DNA of 64,000 nt from an uncultured Eubacteriales bacterium (GTDB lineage Bacteria > Acidobacteriota > Aminicenantia > Aminicenantales > UBA4085), in the NCBI GenBank assembly GCA_964556755.1, contig CAZKXI010000012.1, positions 11,683 to 75,682 on the forward strand. Direction: 5' to 3'. Position 1 is the stretch's first letter. Every line of letters starts with the position of its first letter. The notes beneath the pieces were generated by a model. That model did not search any database. It had not been told where the DNA came from and worked only from the letters and a program-made list of their open reading frames with translations. Shown here one piece after another: positions 22,100-31,482 of the stretch. Position numbers and translations under genes: made by a program.

Positions 22100-23434
22100 T
22101 TACTCGCCGCCGATCTGCAGGCTCTTGACTCGGAAGGTCGGCGCCGTCCGGCCGCGGTTGAGATCGAGGTCGTCGGCGACGGCGTCGATGCCCATGAGGA
22201 TCTCCTCGGCCGTGCCCGCCACGGTCAGCCCCTGGACCGGGAAGGCGACCCGGCCGTCCTCGATCCAGAACCCGGCCGCGCCGCCGCTGAACTGGCCGTT
22301 GACCGGATTGATGCCGTAGCCCGTCACTTCCTTGAGCCAGAGCCCGGACTTGGTCGAGGCGATGATGTCGGCCGCCCGGGCCGCGCCGGCCGCGACGTAG
22401 AAATTGTGGGCCCCGATGCCCGGCAGGCCGGTGAAGCCGCCGCGAGAGGCGTTGCCCGTGCTCTTTGTACCGGCCCGCTTGGCGACCGCGGCGTTGTAGA
22501 GGAAGCCCTTCAGCACGCCCTTCTCGATGATCAGCCGGGTCTGGCAGGCCGTTCCCTCCCCGTCGAACGGGGCGCTGGCCGGCCCCTTGGGCCGCAGGCC
22601 ATCGTCCACGATCGAAAGCAGCTCCGAGGCGATCGGCTGGCCCAAGCGGTCGGCCAGGAAGCTGGCTTTCTGCAGGACCCGCTCGCCGTGGATGGCCCCC
22701 AGAATGCCGCCCAGCAGGGCTCCGGCCGCGTCGGGATCGAAGATGACGGCGGCCCTCTGGGTCTTGACCGGGCGAGGATCGAGCATCCCGACCGCATCCC
22801 GGGCTGCCTTGGCCGCGATCTCGGCCGGGGTCTTCAGATCGGCGAAGAAGCGGCGGCCGCAGCTTTCTCCGCCCGTCGTCTTCTGGGCGCCCTTCTCGGC
22901 TACGACCGAGACGCTGAAGCCGCAGGAGGAAGAGCGATACCCCTGGAGAAGGCCCAGGGAGTTGGCGATGGCCACCTCGTCCTCCCCCTCCGACCAGGCC
23001 GCCCCGGCGCTTTTGGAGACGCCGGCGACCGCCAGAGCCGCCTTCTCGGCCTCCAAGGCCAGCCCGATCTTGCGCTCAAGCGGAAGGGAGGCGATCGAGG
23101 GGTCAAAGAGACCTTCGACGGCGGCCGAGCCGGGATCGTCCGGCAGGACGTTGCTGGAGTCCGCCGTGGTGATCCTGGCGAAGGCGACGGCCCGCTCCAC
23201 CGCGGCTCCCAGCGACGCCTCGGCCAGGTCGTTGGAGTGGGCGAAGGCCAGGCGCCCCCCGAGAAAGACGCGGATGCCGGCTCCCTGCGAGGCGGCCTCC
23301 GTCACGGTCTCGATCTCGCCGTTGCGGACCTCCACGCCCAGGCTACGCCCCGACTCGATGTAGACCTCGGCCGCGTCGGCGCCCTTCCTCAGGCAGGCCT
23401 TGACCGTGGCTTGTGAAAGGCTCTTGATGTCCAT
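22100..23434 (-). CDS. pmbA: Metalloprotease PmbA/TldE
   Basis: 444 aa. TldD/PmbA fold family, with no HExxxH motif as expected for the TldE partner. Confidence 0.8.
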   Translation of the reverse strand: MDIKSLSQATVKACLRKGADAAEVYIESGRSLGVEVRNGEIETVTEAASQGAGIRVFLGGRLAFAHSNDLAEASLGAAVERAVAFARITTADSSNVLPDDPGSAAVEGLFDPSIASLPLERKIGLALEAEKAALAVAGVSKSAGAAWSEGEDEVAIANSLGLLQGYRSSSCGFSVSVVAEKGAQKTTGGESCGRRFFADLKTPAEIAAKAARDAVGMLDPRPVKTQRAAVIFDPDAAGALLGGILGAIHGERVLQKASFLADRLGQPIASELLSIVDDGLRPKGPASAPFDGEGTACQTRLIIEKGVLKGFLYNAAVAKRAGTKSTGNASRGGFTGLPGIGAHNFYVAAGAARAADIIASTKSGLWLKEVTGYGINPVNGQFSGGAAGFWIEDGRVAFPVQGLTVAGTAEEILMGIDAVADDLDLNRGRTAPTFRVKSLQIGGE

Positions 23435-23452
23435 GTTCTCCCCTCCCCCCGC

Positions 23453-24985
23453 CTAGCGCGACGCCCGCGTGCCGCCGACGTTGAGGCCCCGCAGCCGCAC
23501 GGTCGGCTGTCCGGCCGTGACCTCGGCCGCCTGGCCCTTGCCGCAGATGCCCGGCCCGAAGTCGAGGTCGTTTCCCACGGCGTCCACGCTCTGGATGACG
23601 TCCAGGCAGGAGCCGATCAGGGTGGCCCCCCGGACCGGCTGGGTCTTGCGCCCGTTCTCGATCAAGTAGGCCTCGCGGCAGGTGAAGTTGAAGATGCCCG
23701 TGACCGGGTTGACGCTGCCGCCGCTGAGGGCCTGGACGTAGAGGCCGCCGCGGGTCGAAGCCAGGATGTCCGCCGGGGCGTCCCGGCCGGCCTCGATGAA
23801 GGTGTTGGTCATGCGCGGGATCGGCGGATAGCGGAAGCTCTCGCGCCGCCCGTTGCCGGTCCGCTCGGCCCCGATCTGGCGGGCCGAGAGGATGTCGGTC
23901 ATGTACCTCTGCAGGACGCCGTCCTGGATCAGGACGTTGCGCCTCATCGGCGTCCCCTCGTCGTCGACGCTGGTCGTGCCGCGGAAGCCGGGCCGGGTGC
24001 CGTCGTCGACCATGGTGAACACGGACGAGGCGACTTTCCGGCCCAGCCGGCCGGTGAAGGCCCCGATCTGCTTGGCGATGGCGTCGGCTTCCAGGGGGTG
24101 GCCGACGGCCTCGTGGACGAGGACGCCGCCCCAGCCGTTCTGCATGACCACGTCCATCCGGCCGGCCGGGGCCTCCTTGGCCTCGAGCATGGCCACCGCT
24201 TCGCGGGCGCAGGCCCGGGCCGCGCCCTCCGCCGCCCCGCCGTCGAACATCTCGAAGCCGGAGTGGGCCGAGAGCCGCTCCCGGCCCATGTGCGAGGCGC
24301 CGCCCGAGCGGCCGAGGGCCTGGATGATGAAGAACAGGAGCGGCAGCTCGTCCGTGAAGAGCAGCCCCTCGGAGTTGGCGATCGTCCGGCCGCGGATCTC
24401 GTCGTAGTAGTCGATCGAGGCCAGGACGATGCGGGGGTCATAGTCCAAAGCCGCCTGATGGGCCCGCCGCATGACGTCCAGCCTTCTCTCGTCGGCCACC
24501 TCGTGCAGCGGGACCTCGACCGTGACGAAGGAGGGGTACCGGGCCGGCTTCAGGCCGAGCGGGGCGGGCGCGCCTCCGGCCTTGGCGATGGCCGAAGCCG
24601 TCTCGGCCGCCCTCAGGAGGCCCTCCTCGCTCGGCTCGTCGGTGGTGGCGTAGCCCGTCCGGTCGCCGGACAGGACGCGGACGCCGGCGCCGCGGCTGAT
24701 GCCGAAGACGGCGCTCTTGATCTTGCCCTCCTCGAGCAGGATGGAGCGGCTGATCCTCTTCTCCAGGTAGACTTCGGCGAAGTCCCCGCCCTTGGCCAAG
24801 CCTCGGCGGAGAGCCTTGTCCAGAAGGCCGGGATCCAGGGCCGTCGCCGCTCCCGAGCCCGGGCCCTGGGCCGCTCTCAGGTCCTTCAGCCAGGATGGCG
24901 CCGTGGCCAGAGCCAGGCCTCCCTTGAGGCCGAGCTCGAGGAAGCGGCGGCGGGGAATGTCGCGGACGATGGGACGGAAAGCCAT
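23453..24985 (-). CDS. tldD: Metalloprotease TldD with a twin-arginine (Tat) signal peptide
   Basis: HEAVGHPLE zinc motif. N-terminal RRRFLELGLKGGLALATA Tat motif. Confidence 0.85.
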   Translation of the reverse strand: MAFRPIVRDIPRRRFLELGLKGGLALATAPSWLKDLRAAQGPGSGAATALDPGLLDKALRRGLAKGGDFAEVYLEKRISRSILLEEGKIKSAVFGISRGAGVRVLSGDRTGYATTDEPSEEGLLRAAETASAIAKAGGAPAPLGLKPARYPSFVTVEVPLHEVADERRLDVMRRAHQAALDYDPRIVLASIDYYDEIRGRTIANSEGLLFTDELPLLFFIIQALGRSGGASHMGRERLSAHSGFEMFDGGAAEGAARACAREAVAMLEAKEAPAGRMDVVMQNGWGGVLVHEAVGHPLEADAIAKQIGAFTGRLGRKVASSVFTMVDDGTRPGFRGTTSVDDEGTPMRRNVLIQDGVLQRYMTDILSARQIGAERTGNGRRESFRYPPIPRMTNTFIEAGRDAPADILASTRGGLYVQALSGGSVNPVTGIFNFTCREAYLIENGRKTQPVRGATLIGSCLDVIQSVDAVGNDLDFGPGICGKGQAAEVTAGQPTVRLRGLNVGGTRASR

Positions 24986-25028
24986 GGGAACCTCCTTGGC
25001 TCGATCCGGATCGGGCCCCGCCGCCGGC

Positions 25029-26606
25029 TCAGTCGTCCCGGCCGCGGCCGATGATGTCGTCGATGCGGATGCCTTTGGTCCGCAGGCTCGTGCCCAGGGA
25101 CCTCTCCAGCGAGGACAGGGACAGGTTGTAGTCGATGAGGGCCTTCAGCTCGTTGGTCTTGGCCGTGGCCAGGTCGCGCTGATTCAGCAGGACCAGGTAG
25201 TTGGTCGTCAGCCCGACCTTGAGCTTCTTCTCCTCGCCCTGCAGCCGCCTCTCGGCCAGCTCCCGGGCCAGGCGGTAGGCCTGGACCCGCTTGAAGTTGG
25301 TCTCGACGTCGCGGACGGCGTTGCGGATCTCCAGGTAGACCTGCTGCTCCAGGTTCTGCAGGCGCAGCAGGGCCTGGTCGCGGCTGATCTGGATCTGAGT
25401 GAAATGGCCGCGGTTGAGATAGTAGTTGACCGGGATGCTCAGGCTCAGGCTGAGCGACCAGTTCCGGTAGCTCAGGCGCATGGCGTCCCGCAGGCTGCCC
25501 GAGGCCCCGCCCGGGATGGTCCCGATGACCACGTTGGTCAGGGGGTCGTCATCCTGGTAGAGGATCTGGGTCCCGGATATGCCCGGGCTCCAGTAGGACG
25601 CGGTCAGGGACAGGTCGGGCAGGAGCTGGTTGCGCAGGTAGCCGTAGGTCAGCTCCTTGTTCTGCAGGTCGAGGCGCGTCGACTGCAGGTCGGCCCGATT
25701 CTCCATGGCCGTCTGCAGGCTGGCCTCGAAGTCCAGCGGCCGGGCCTCGAAGGCCGGCTGATCGGTCGGCAGGATGCGGGCCAGGCGGGGCTGGCCCTCC
25801 TCGCGGGGCAGGTTCAGGATGGTGGCCAAGGCGTCCTGGCCGGAGGCGACCTGGGCTTCGGCCTGGAGGATGTCGGCCTCCCGGGTGGCCACCTCGGCCT
25901 CGGCGTTGAGCACCTCGATCGGGGCGATGGTCCCGACCTCGGCCTCGCGGGTGTTCTTGGCCAGCAGGTCCTTGGCCAGATCCAGGGATTGGCGGCGGAC
26001 CTTGAGGTTCTCCACGGCGTAGACCAGGTTCCAGTAGGACTGCTCGACGTTGTAGATGGTGTTCTGCAGGACGGACCGGAAGGCGATCTCCGAGATGTCC
26101 AGGTTGTTCCGGCTGATGACGATGTCGCGCCGGTTCAGGCCCAGGCCGAAGTTGCGGAGCAGCGGCTGCCAGTAGGTGAAGGTCAGGGTGCTGCCGAAGC
26201 GGGGATTGATGGTCAGGTAGCTGCGGTTGCTCTCGCTCTTGTACGAGGACAGGGTGGCGTAGAAGCGGCCGCCCAGGGGGACGAATTGCGAGACCTGGGC
26301 CGAGTAGTTCTGGTCCTGGGAGGTGACCTGGGCCGCGGCCTCGATCCAGGAGAAGGAGGCCGAGCTGGTGTTGGACGAGCTCAAGCCCAGCGCCACCGAG
26401 GGGATGTACTTCTCCTTGACGAAGGCCAGGTTCAGGGCCGCCAGCCGCGGGTTGATGACCTCGATGGCCACCCCGAGGTTGTTGCGCAGGGCCTCCAGGA
26501 TGCAGGCCTCCAGGGACATGGCCGCGGCTCGCTCCTGGGCGGCGGCGGGAAGGGACGCGGTCAGGCCCGCCAGGAGCAATCGGAAGAGCGGGCGGAGCGG
26601 CCGCAT
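25029..26606 (-). CDS. TolC-family outer-membrane efflux protein
   Basis: Signal peptide, then tandem repeated alpha-helical/beta-barrel halves typical of OMF proteins. The start is the ATG at 26604-26606. Confidence 0.85.
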   Translation of the reverse strand: MRPLRPLFRLLLAGLTASLPAAAQERAAAMSLEACILEALRNNLGVAIEVINPRLAALNLAFVKEKYIPSVALGLSSSNTSSASFSWIEAAAQVTSQDQNYSAQVSQFVPLGGRFYATLSSYKSESNRSYLTINPRFGSTLTFTYWQPLLRNFGLGLNRRDIVISRNNLDISEIAFRSVLQNTIYNVEQSYWNLVYAVENLKVRRQSLDLAKDLLAKNTREAEVGTIAPIEVLNAEAEVATREADILQAEAQVASGQDALATILNLPREEGQPRLARILPTDQPAFEARPLDFEASLQTAMENRADLQSTRLDLQNKELTYGYLRNQLLPDLSLTASYWSPGISGTQILYQDDDPLTNVVIGTIPGGASGSLRDAMRLSYRNWSLSLSLSIPVNYYLNRGHFTQIQISRDQALLRLQNLEQQVYLEIRNAVRDVETNFKRVQAYRLARELAERRLQGEEKKLKVGLTTNYLVLLNQRDLATAKTNELKALIDYNLSLSSLERSLGTSLRTKGIRIDDIIGRGRDD

Positions 26607-26623
26607 GATGTCCGCCGGAGCCC

Positions 26624-27910
26624 TCACTTGTCCTTGAGGACGACCTTGTCCCGGCCGCCGAAGACCGCCACCGACGAGGTCACGACCTGATCCCCCGGCT
26701 TGAGGCCCTTGACCACTTCGACGGCTTCGGCGTTCTGCCGCCCCGTCCGGATGGACTGGCGGACCGCCGTCCCGGTCGCCTCGTCGAGGCGGTAGACCCA
26801 ATCGCCGCCCGAGGCCTTCAAATACTCGCCGCGCGGCAGGAGCAGGGCCTGCGAGACTTCGCCCAGGCCGATGCGGACGTGGAGGGTCTGGCCGCGCTTG
26901 ATGCCCTTGGGCCTCTCGCCCCGGAACTCCATCTCGGCCTGGAAGCGTCCGTCGCGGACCTCCGGCATGATCTTGCGGACGTCGAGCTTGTAGATCCGCC
27001 CGTCATAGTCGAACTCGGCCGCGGCGCCCACCTCGATCCGGGGCAGCTCCTCCTCCTCGATGGAGGCCACGGCCTTGAAGCCGTTGAGGACGTCGATCTG
27101 GCCGAGCCTCTGGCCGGCCGTCTTGGTCTGGCCGGTCTCCACCGCCAGGCTGGTGACGATCCCGGCCAGGGGGGCCCGGATGACCAGGCCGTCCTGCTTG
27201 CGGCGGATGGCGTCCAGGTTGGCCTGCATCCTCTCCAGGGACTGCTCCAGCGACTCCAGCTGGGAGCTGCGCAGGGCCAGCTCGCTCCGCTGGCTCTTCT
27301 CCATGAGCTCCTTGCGCTTGAGAAGGTAGTCGTATTGGTCGCGGGCCTGCTCGATGCTCTGCTTGGAGATGAGGTTGTCCTTGTCCAGCTCGGCGTAGCG
27401 GTCGTAGATCTTCTTCTGCTGCAGGATCTGGTTGTCCAGGTCGGTCTGCTGCTGGCTGAGCTGGAGCTTGAACTGCTCCATGGACAGGCGGGTGTTGCGG
27501 AGGTTGTTGGACTGCTGGGCCAGCTCCGCCTCGCGGTTCATGATGTCCATCAGGAGAGCCGTGTTCTCCAGCTGGATGATGGGGTCGCCGGCCTTGACGA
27601 CCGATCCGACCTCCACGAAGATGCGCTCGACCCGGCCGCCCTCGACCGCGTCCAGGGCGATCGTGGCCAAGGGCTGGACGGCGGCCTCCACGGCCAGCGT
27701 CTCGCGGATCGGGCCGAGCCGCGCCTCGGTCAGGGTGATATCCGATCGGCGGACGACCGGATCGGCCTCGCCGTCGCCCAGCAGGTGGAAGCGGAAGATC
27801 AAGACGCCCAGCAGGACGATCAGGATGGCCGACAGGCAGACCTCGACGACACGGAGCGTCCGGCCGGCGCGGTGCCGGGCCGGCGGCGTCGCCGCGGGCG
27901 CCTGGGTCAT
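26624..27910 (-). CDS. HlyD-family membrane fusion / periplasmic adaptor protein
   Basis: A single N-terminal TM helix, a long coiled-coil (heptads across residues 120-250) and a beta-barrel/lipoyl-like C-terminus. Confidence 0.85.
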   Translation of the reverse strand: MTQAPAATPPARHRAGRTLRVVEVCLSAILIVLLGVLIFRFHLLGDGEADPVVRRSDITLTEARLGPIRETLAVEAAVQPLATIALDAVEGGRVERIFVEVGSVVKAGDPIIQLENTALLMDIMNREAELAQQSNNLRNTRLSMEQFKLQLSQQQTDLDNQILQQKKIYDRYAELDKDNLISKQSIEQARDQYDYLLKRKELMEKSQRSELALRSSQLESLEQSLERMQANLDAIRRKQDGLVIRAPLAGIVTSLAVETGQTKTAGQRLGQIDVLNGFKAVASIEEEELPRIEVGAAAEFDYDGRIYKLDVRKIMPEVRDGRFQAEMEFRGERPKGIKRGQTLHVRIGLGEVSQALLLPRGEYLKASGGDWVYRLDEATGTAVRQSIRTGRQNAEAVEVVKGLKPGDQVVTSSVAVFGGRDKVVLKDK

Positions 27911-27970
27911 GTTCGATCTCTCCTGGCCATCCCCCGTATTCTACTCGCCCGGGCCGGCCGGGCGCAAGGC

Positions 27971-29368
27971 TCAGATCTCGTAGGCTTCGCCGTAGGCGGG
28001 GACGACCGGCTTCCAGCCGAGCTGCCGGCGGATGTCGGCGGCCAGGGCCTCGGCCGCCTCGTCCTCGCCGTGGACCAGGAAGAGCCGGCGCGGCGGACGG
28101 CGGAAGGCCCGCAGCCAATCCAGCAGGCCGCTCCGGCCGGCGTGGCCGGAGAAGCCGTCGATCCTCTCGATGCGGGCCTTGACCGCGATCTCGCGGCCGT
28201 TGATGCGGACGACGGGCCGGCCCTCGACGATCAGGCGGCCGAGCGTGCCGCGCGACTGGTAGCCGACGAAGAGGACCGTCGACTCGGGCCGGCCGAGGTT
28301 GGCCAGCAGGTGGTGCTTGATCCGTCCGGCCGTGGCCATGCCCGAGCCGGCCATGATGACGCAGCTGCCGCGGATGGAGTTGACCGTCTTGGACTCCTCG
28401 ACCGTCCGGAAGAGCTTCAAGCCCGGGAAGTCCAGGGGCGCCCGCCCGGAGCGGTACAAGGCCTTGGCCTCCTCGTCCAGGATGGCCCGGTGGCGGGCGA
28501 AGAGCCCGGTGACCTCGACGGCCATGGGGCTGTCGAGCACGCTCATCAGCCGCGGGATGCGCCGGGCGGCCTGCAGCCGTCCGAGGACGTAGAGGACCTC
28601 CTGGGCCCGCTCCACAGCGAAGACCGGGATGACCAGGTTGCCGCCCCGGTCGACGGTCTCGTTGATGATGCGGGCCATCTCCTCTTCCACCTCCGCGGGG
28701 TCGGTGTGGTCGCGGTCGCCGTAGGTCGACTCCATGACCACGGCGTCGGCCTCCTCGAAGCGGCTCGGGTCGCGGACCAGGGGCTTGTCCGGCTGTCCGA
28801 TGTCGCCGGAGAAGACGATCCGGCGGCCGCCTCGGCCCGTCCCGGCCCGGACCTCGATCATGCTCGAGCCCAAAATATGCCCGGCGTCGCGAAAGATCGC
28901 CGTGGTCGAGCTTCCCAGGTCGACCGGCGAGTCATAGCCGGCCGGGGCGAAGAGAGGGAGCGTCGCCTGGGCGTCGGCCACGGTGTACAAGGGCACCTCG
29001 GGATGGGGGCCGCGGCGCCCTTCCTTGGCGTGGCGCTTTTTCTTAAAGGCCGCGTCCTCCTCTTGGATATGCCCGGCGTCGAGGAGGACGATCCGGGCCA
29101 CGTCGGCGGTGGCGGCCGTGGCCCGGATGGGCCCCGAGAAGCCATCCTTGACCAGCAGGGGCAGGCGGCCGCAGTGATCGAGATGGGCGTGGGTCAGCAG
29201 GCAGGCGTCCAACCCGGCGGGCGGGACCGGGAAAGACGCCCAGTTCCTGTCCAGGAAGGGGCGCTCCTGGTAGAGGCCGCAGTCGATGAGCAGGCGGAGG
29301 CCCTGGGCCTCGAGAAGAGTGCTGGAGCCGGTGACCTGATGGTTGGCTCCCAGGAATGTCAGCTTCAT
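27971..29368 (-). CDS. MBL-fold metallo-hydrolase of the beta-CASP RNA-metabolising family
   Basis: HAHLDH motif, a beta-CASP insert and the C-terminal RMMBL region (HGE...). About 465 aa. Confidence 0.8.
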   Translation of the reverse strand: MKLTFLGANHQVTGSSTLLEAQGLRLLIDCGLYQERPFLDRNWASFPVPPAGLDACLLTHAHLDHCGRLPLLVKDGFSGPIRATAATADVARIVLLDAGHIQEEDAAFKKKRHAKEGRRGPHPEVPLYTVADAQATLPLFAPAGYDSPVDLGSSTTAIFRDAGHILGSSMIEVRAGTGRGGRRIVFSGDIGQPDKPLVRDPSRFEEADAVVMESTYGDRDHTDPAEVEEEMARIINETVDRGGNLVIPVFAVERAQEVLYVLGRLQAARRIPRLMSVLDSPMAVEVTGLFARHRAILDEEAKALYRSGRAPLDFPGLKLFRTVEESKTVNSIRGSCVIMAGSGMATAGRIKHHLLANLGRPESTVLFVGYQSRGTLGRLIVEGRPVVRINGREIAVKARIERIDGFSGHAGRSGLLDWLRAFRRPPRRLFLVHGEDEAAEALAADIRRQLGWKPVVPAYGEAYEI

Positions 29369-29377
29369 GGGTCTCTC

Positions 29378-29851
29378 TCACATGGGGCAGGCCCGGCCGG
29401 GGCCGGCGCGCCGCGCCTGCCAGGCCGAAGCCCGCGGGAAATACATGAACAGCAGGACGAGCGAGACGAGCAGGAGGGCGTAGAAGTCGCGGTTGTACCC
29501 GCCCAGGAGGAACAGAGCCAGACCGAGCAGCGCCGGCAGCTCGGCCAGGGCCGAGCCGAGGATCGAGGCGGAGGAGATCCGATCGAGCCAGGCCTCGTCG
29601 GCCTCCCCTTCCCGCCCTCCGAGGCGGTCCCCGTTGACGGCCCGGATGGCCAGCACCACTCCCGCGGCCGCCAGGAAGGCGCCATAGCGGACGGCCGTCC
29701 TGGCCCCGCCCAGGGCGGCCAGCCCGAAGAAGGGCCGCACGACCGCCCGGACGGCCTCCACCGCCGCCAGGCCGACGATCAGCCCCGACAGCTGGGCCCA
29801 AGCGACGGCCTTGGCGGTCCGCAGGCGCGACGAGAACGGATCACTCGACAT
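29378..29851 (-). CDS. Hypothetical small membrane protein
   Basis: 157 aa with four hydrophobic segments. It lies 10 nt upstream of the MBL gene on the same strand. Confidence 0.4.
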   Translation of the reverse strand: MSSDPFSSRLRTAKAVAWAQLSGLIVGLAAVEAVRAVVRPFFGLAALGGARTAVRYGAFLAAAGVVLAIRAVNGDRLGGREGEADEAWLDRISSASILGSALAELPALLGLALFLLGGYNRDFYALLLVSLVLLFMYFPRASAWQARRAGPGRACPM

Positions 29852-31013
29852 GGAGAACCAGTCCTTTCAGGTAGTCGCTCTCGGGGTGATAGACGCTGAC
29901 GGGGTGATCGAAGGCCTGGTGGTGGCGCTGCAGGATGCGCACCTGCCGACCAGCCTCCAAGGCCGCCTGGAAGACGACCTGGCCAAAGAGCGTCTCGTCG
30001 ACGAAGCGGGAGCAGGAGAAGGTCATGACCAGGGCCCCCGCGGGGGCCTTCTCGAGCGCCACCCGGTGGAGATCCTTGTAGCCCCGGCAGGCCGCCACGA
30101 CTTCGGACTTGTGCTTGGCGAAGGCGGGAGGATCCAGGATGATCAGGTCGTAGTCCAGCCGCCGGTCCCTGAGGAACTCGAAGACATCCGCCTCGTGGAA
30201 GCCGAGGCCGGCCTCCGGGAAGCCGTTGCGCAGGCAGTTGGCCCGAGCCAGGGCGATGGCCTTGGCCGAGGCATCCACGCTGTCGGCCGAGACGGCCCCG
30301 CCGGCCAGGGCGGCTACGGTGAAGGATCCGCTGTAAGCGAAGGCGTTCAGGACGCGGCGCCCTCCCGCCAGACGGCGGGCCAGCCGGCGCATCTCCCGCT
30401 GGTCGAGGTAGAATCCGGTCTTCTGCCCCCCCTGGACGTCGACAAGGAGCTTCAGGCCGTCCTCGATGATCTCCAGCGGCTCGGGCGCCGGTCCCCGCAG
30501 CGGCCCTTCGGCGGGCGGCAGGCCCTCCTCGCGCCGCGAGGGGAGGTTCGACTTCTCATAGACGGCCCGGGGCGAGAAGGCCGCTTCGAGCTCCTCGAGG
30601 ACCAGGTCCTTGAGCCTGTCCATGCCGAGCGTCGAGATCTGGACGACCAGGACGTCGGCATAGCGATCGACGATCAGTCCCGGGCATTCGTCCGCCTCCC
30701 CGTTGACGACGCGGCAGGCGCCGGAGCGGTCCTCCCCCATCAGCCGCCGCCGCAGCGCCGCGGCCCGCCGCAAGGCCCGCCGCAAGGCCTCGCGCGGCGG
30801 CGTCCCGTCGAACGACAGCATCCGGCCGACGATGGAGGCCCGGGGATTGAAGTAGGCCGAGCCCAGGAGAGCCCCGTCGGCCGCCCGGACGGGCCTGATC
30901 TCGCCCGGCTCGAGCGGCGGGAGTGCCTGGACGGCGCCGGAGAAGATCCAGGGATGGCGGCGGCGGATGGCCTTGTCCTTGCCGGGCCGGAGGACGACGG
31001 CGGACTCATCCAT
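29841..31013 (-). CDS. rlmI: 23S rRNA (cytosine-C5)-methyltransferase RlmI-like (PUA + class I SAM MTase)
   Basis: SAM-binding FAYSGSF and DPPAF motifs. N-terminal PUA-like domain. The start is the ATG at 31011-31013. Confidence 0.75.
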   Translation of the reverse strand: MDESAVVLRPGKDKAIRRRHPWIFSGAVQALPPLEPGEIRPVRAADGALLGSAYFNPRASIVGRMLSFDGTPPREALRRALRRAAALRRRLMGEDRSGACRVVNGEADECPGLIVDRYADVLVVQISTLGMDRLKDLVLEELEAAFSPRAVYEKSNLPSRREEGLPPAEGPLRGPAPEPLEIIEDGLKLLVDVQGGQKTGFYLDQREMRRLARRLAGGRRVLNAFAYSGSFTVAALAGGAVSADSVDASAKAIALARANCLRNGFPEAGLGFHEADVFEFLRDRRLDYDLIILDPPAFAKHKSEVVAACRGYKDLHRVALEKAPAGALVMTFSCSRFVDETLFGQVVFQAALEAGRQVRILQRHHQAFDHPVSVYHPESDYLKGLVLHVE

Positions 31014-31398
31014 GAGTCGCGTCCTCCGCCAGGCGCCGGACCAGGGGGCGGTCGGGCCGGGCGAAATCGTAGCCGGCCAGCTCGGACGGCCGGACCCAGG
31101 CGATCTCGGAATGGTCGTGGAGACGCACGGCGCCTCCGACAATCACGGCCCGGAAGGCGATCAGGACCAGGCTCAGGGACTCGGATGCGAAGGGGTATTC
31201 CCCGAGGGCGGCGCCGACGTCGACATCCAGGTCGAGCTCTTCGCGGATCTCGCGCCGCAGACCGTCGCGGGGCGCTTCTCCGGGCTCGACCTTGCCGCCC
31301 GGAAACTCCCAGACGCCTCCGAACCGGTCGCCGGGCCGGCGCCGGGCGATCAGGACGCGTCCCTCCCGCTCGATCACAGCCGCCGCGACGCGCATCAT
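31006..31398 (-). CDS. NUDIX hydrolase (MutT-like)
   Basis: Nudix box GGKVEPGEAPRDGLRREIREELD. Confidence 0.8.
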   Translation of the reverse strand: MMRVAAAVIEREGRVLIARRRPGDRFGGVWEFPGGKVEPGEAPRDGLRREIREELDLDVDVGAALGEYPFASESLSLVLIAFRAVIVGGAVRLHDHSEIAWVRPSELAGYDFARPDRPLVRRLAEDATHG

Positions 31399-31482
31399 CT
31401 CTTCGCCATCTTAACGGGTCGGACGGGATTTCGCAACCGGCCGGGATGATCGGCCCGCGGCGATGTGATAGAATACCCGGCT

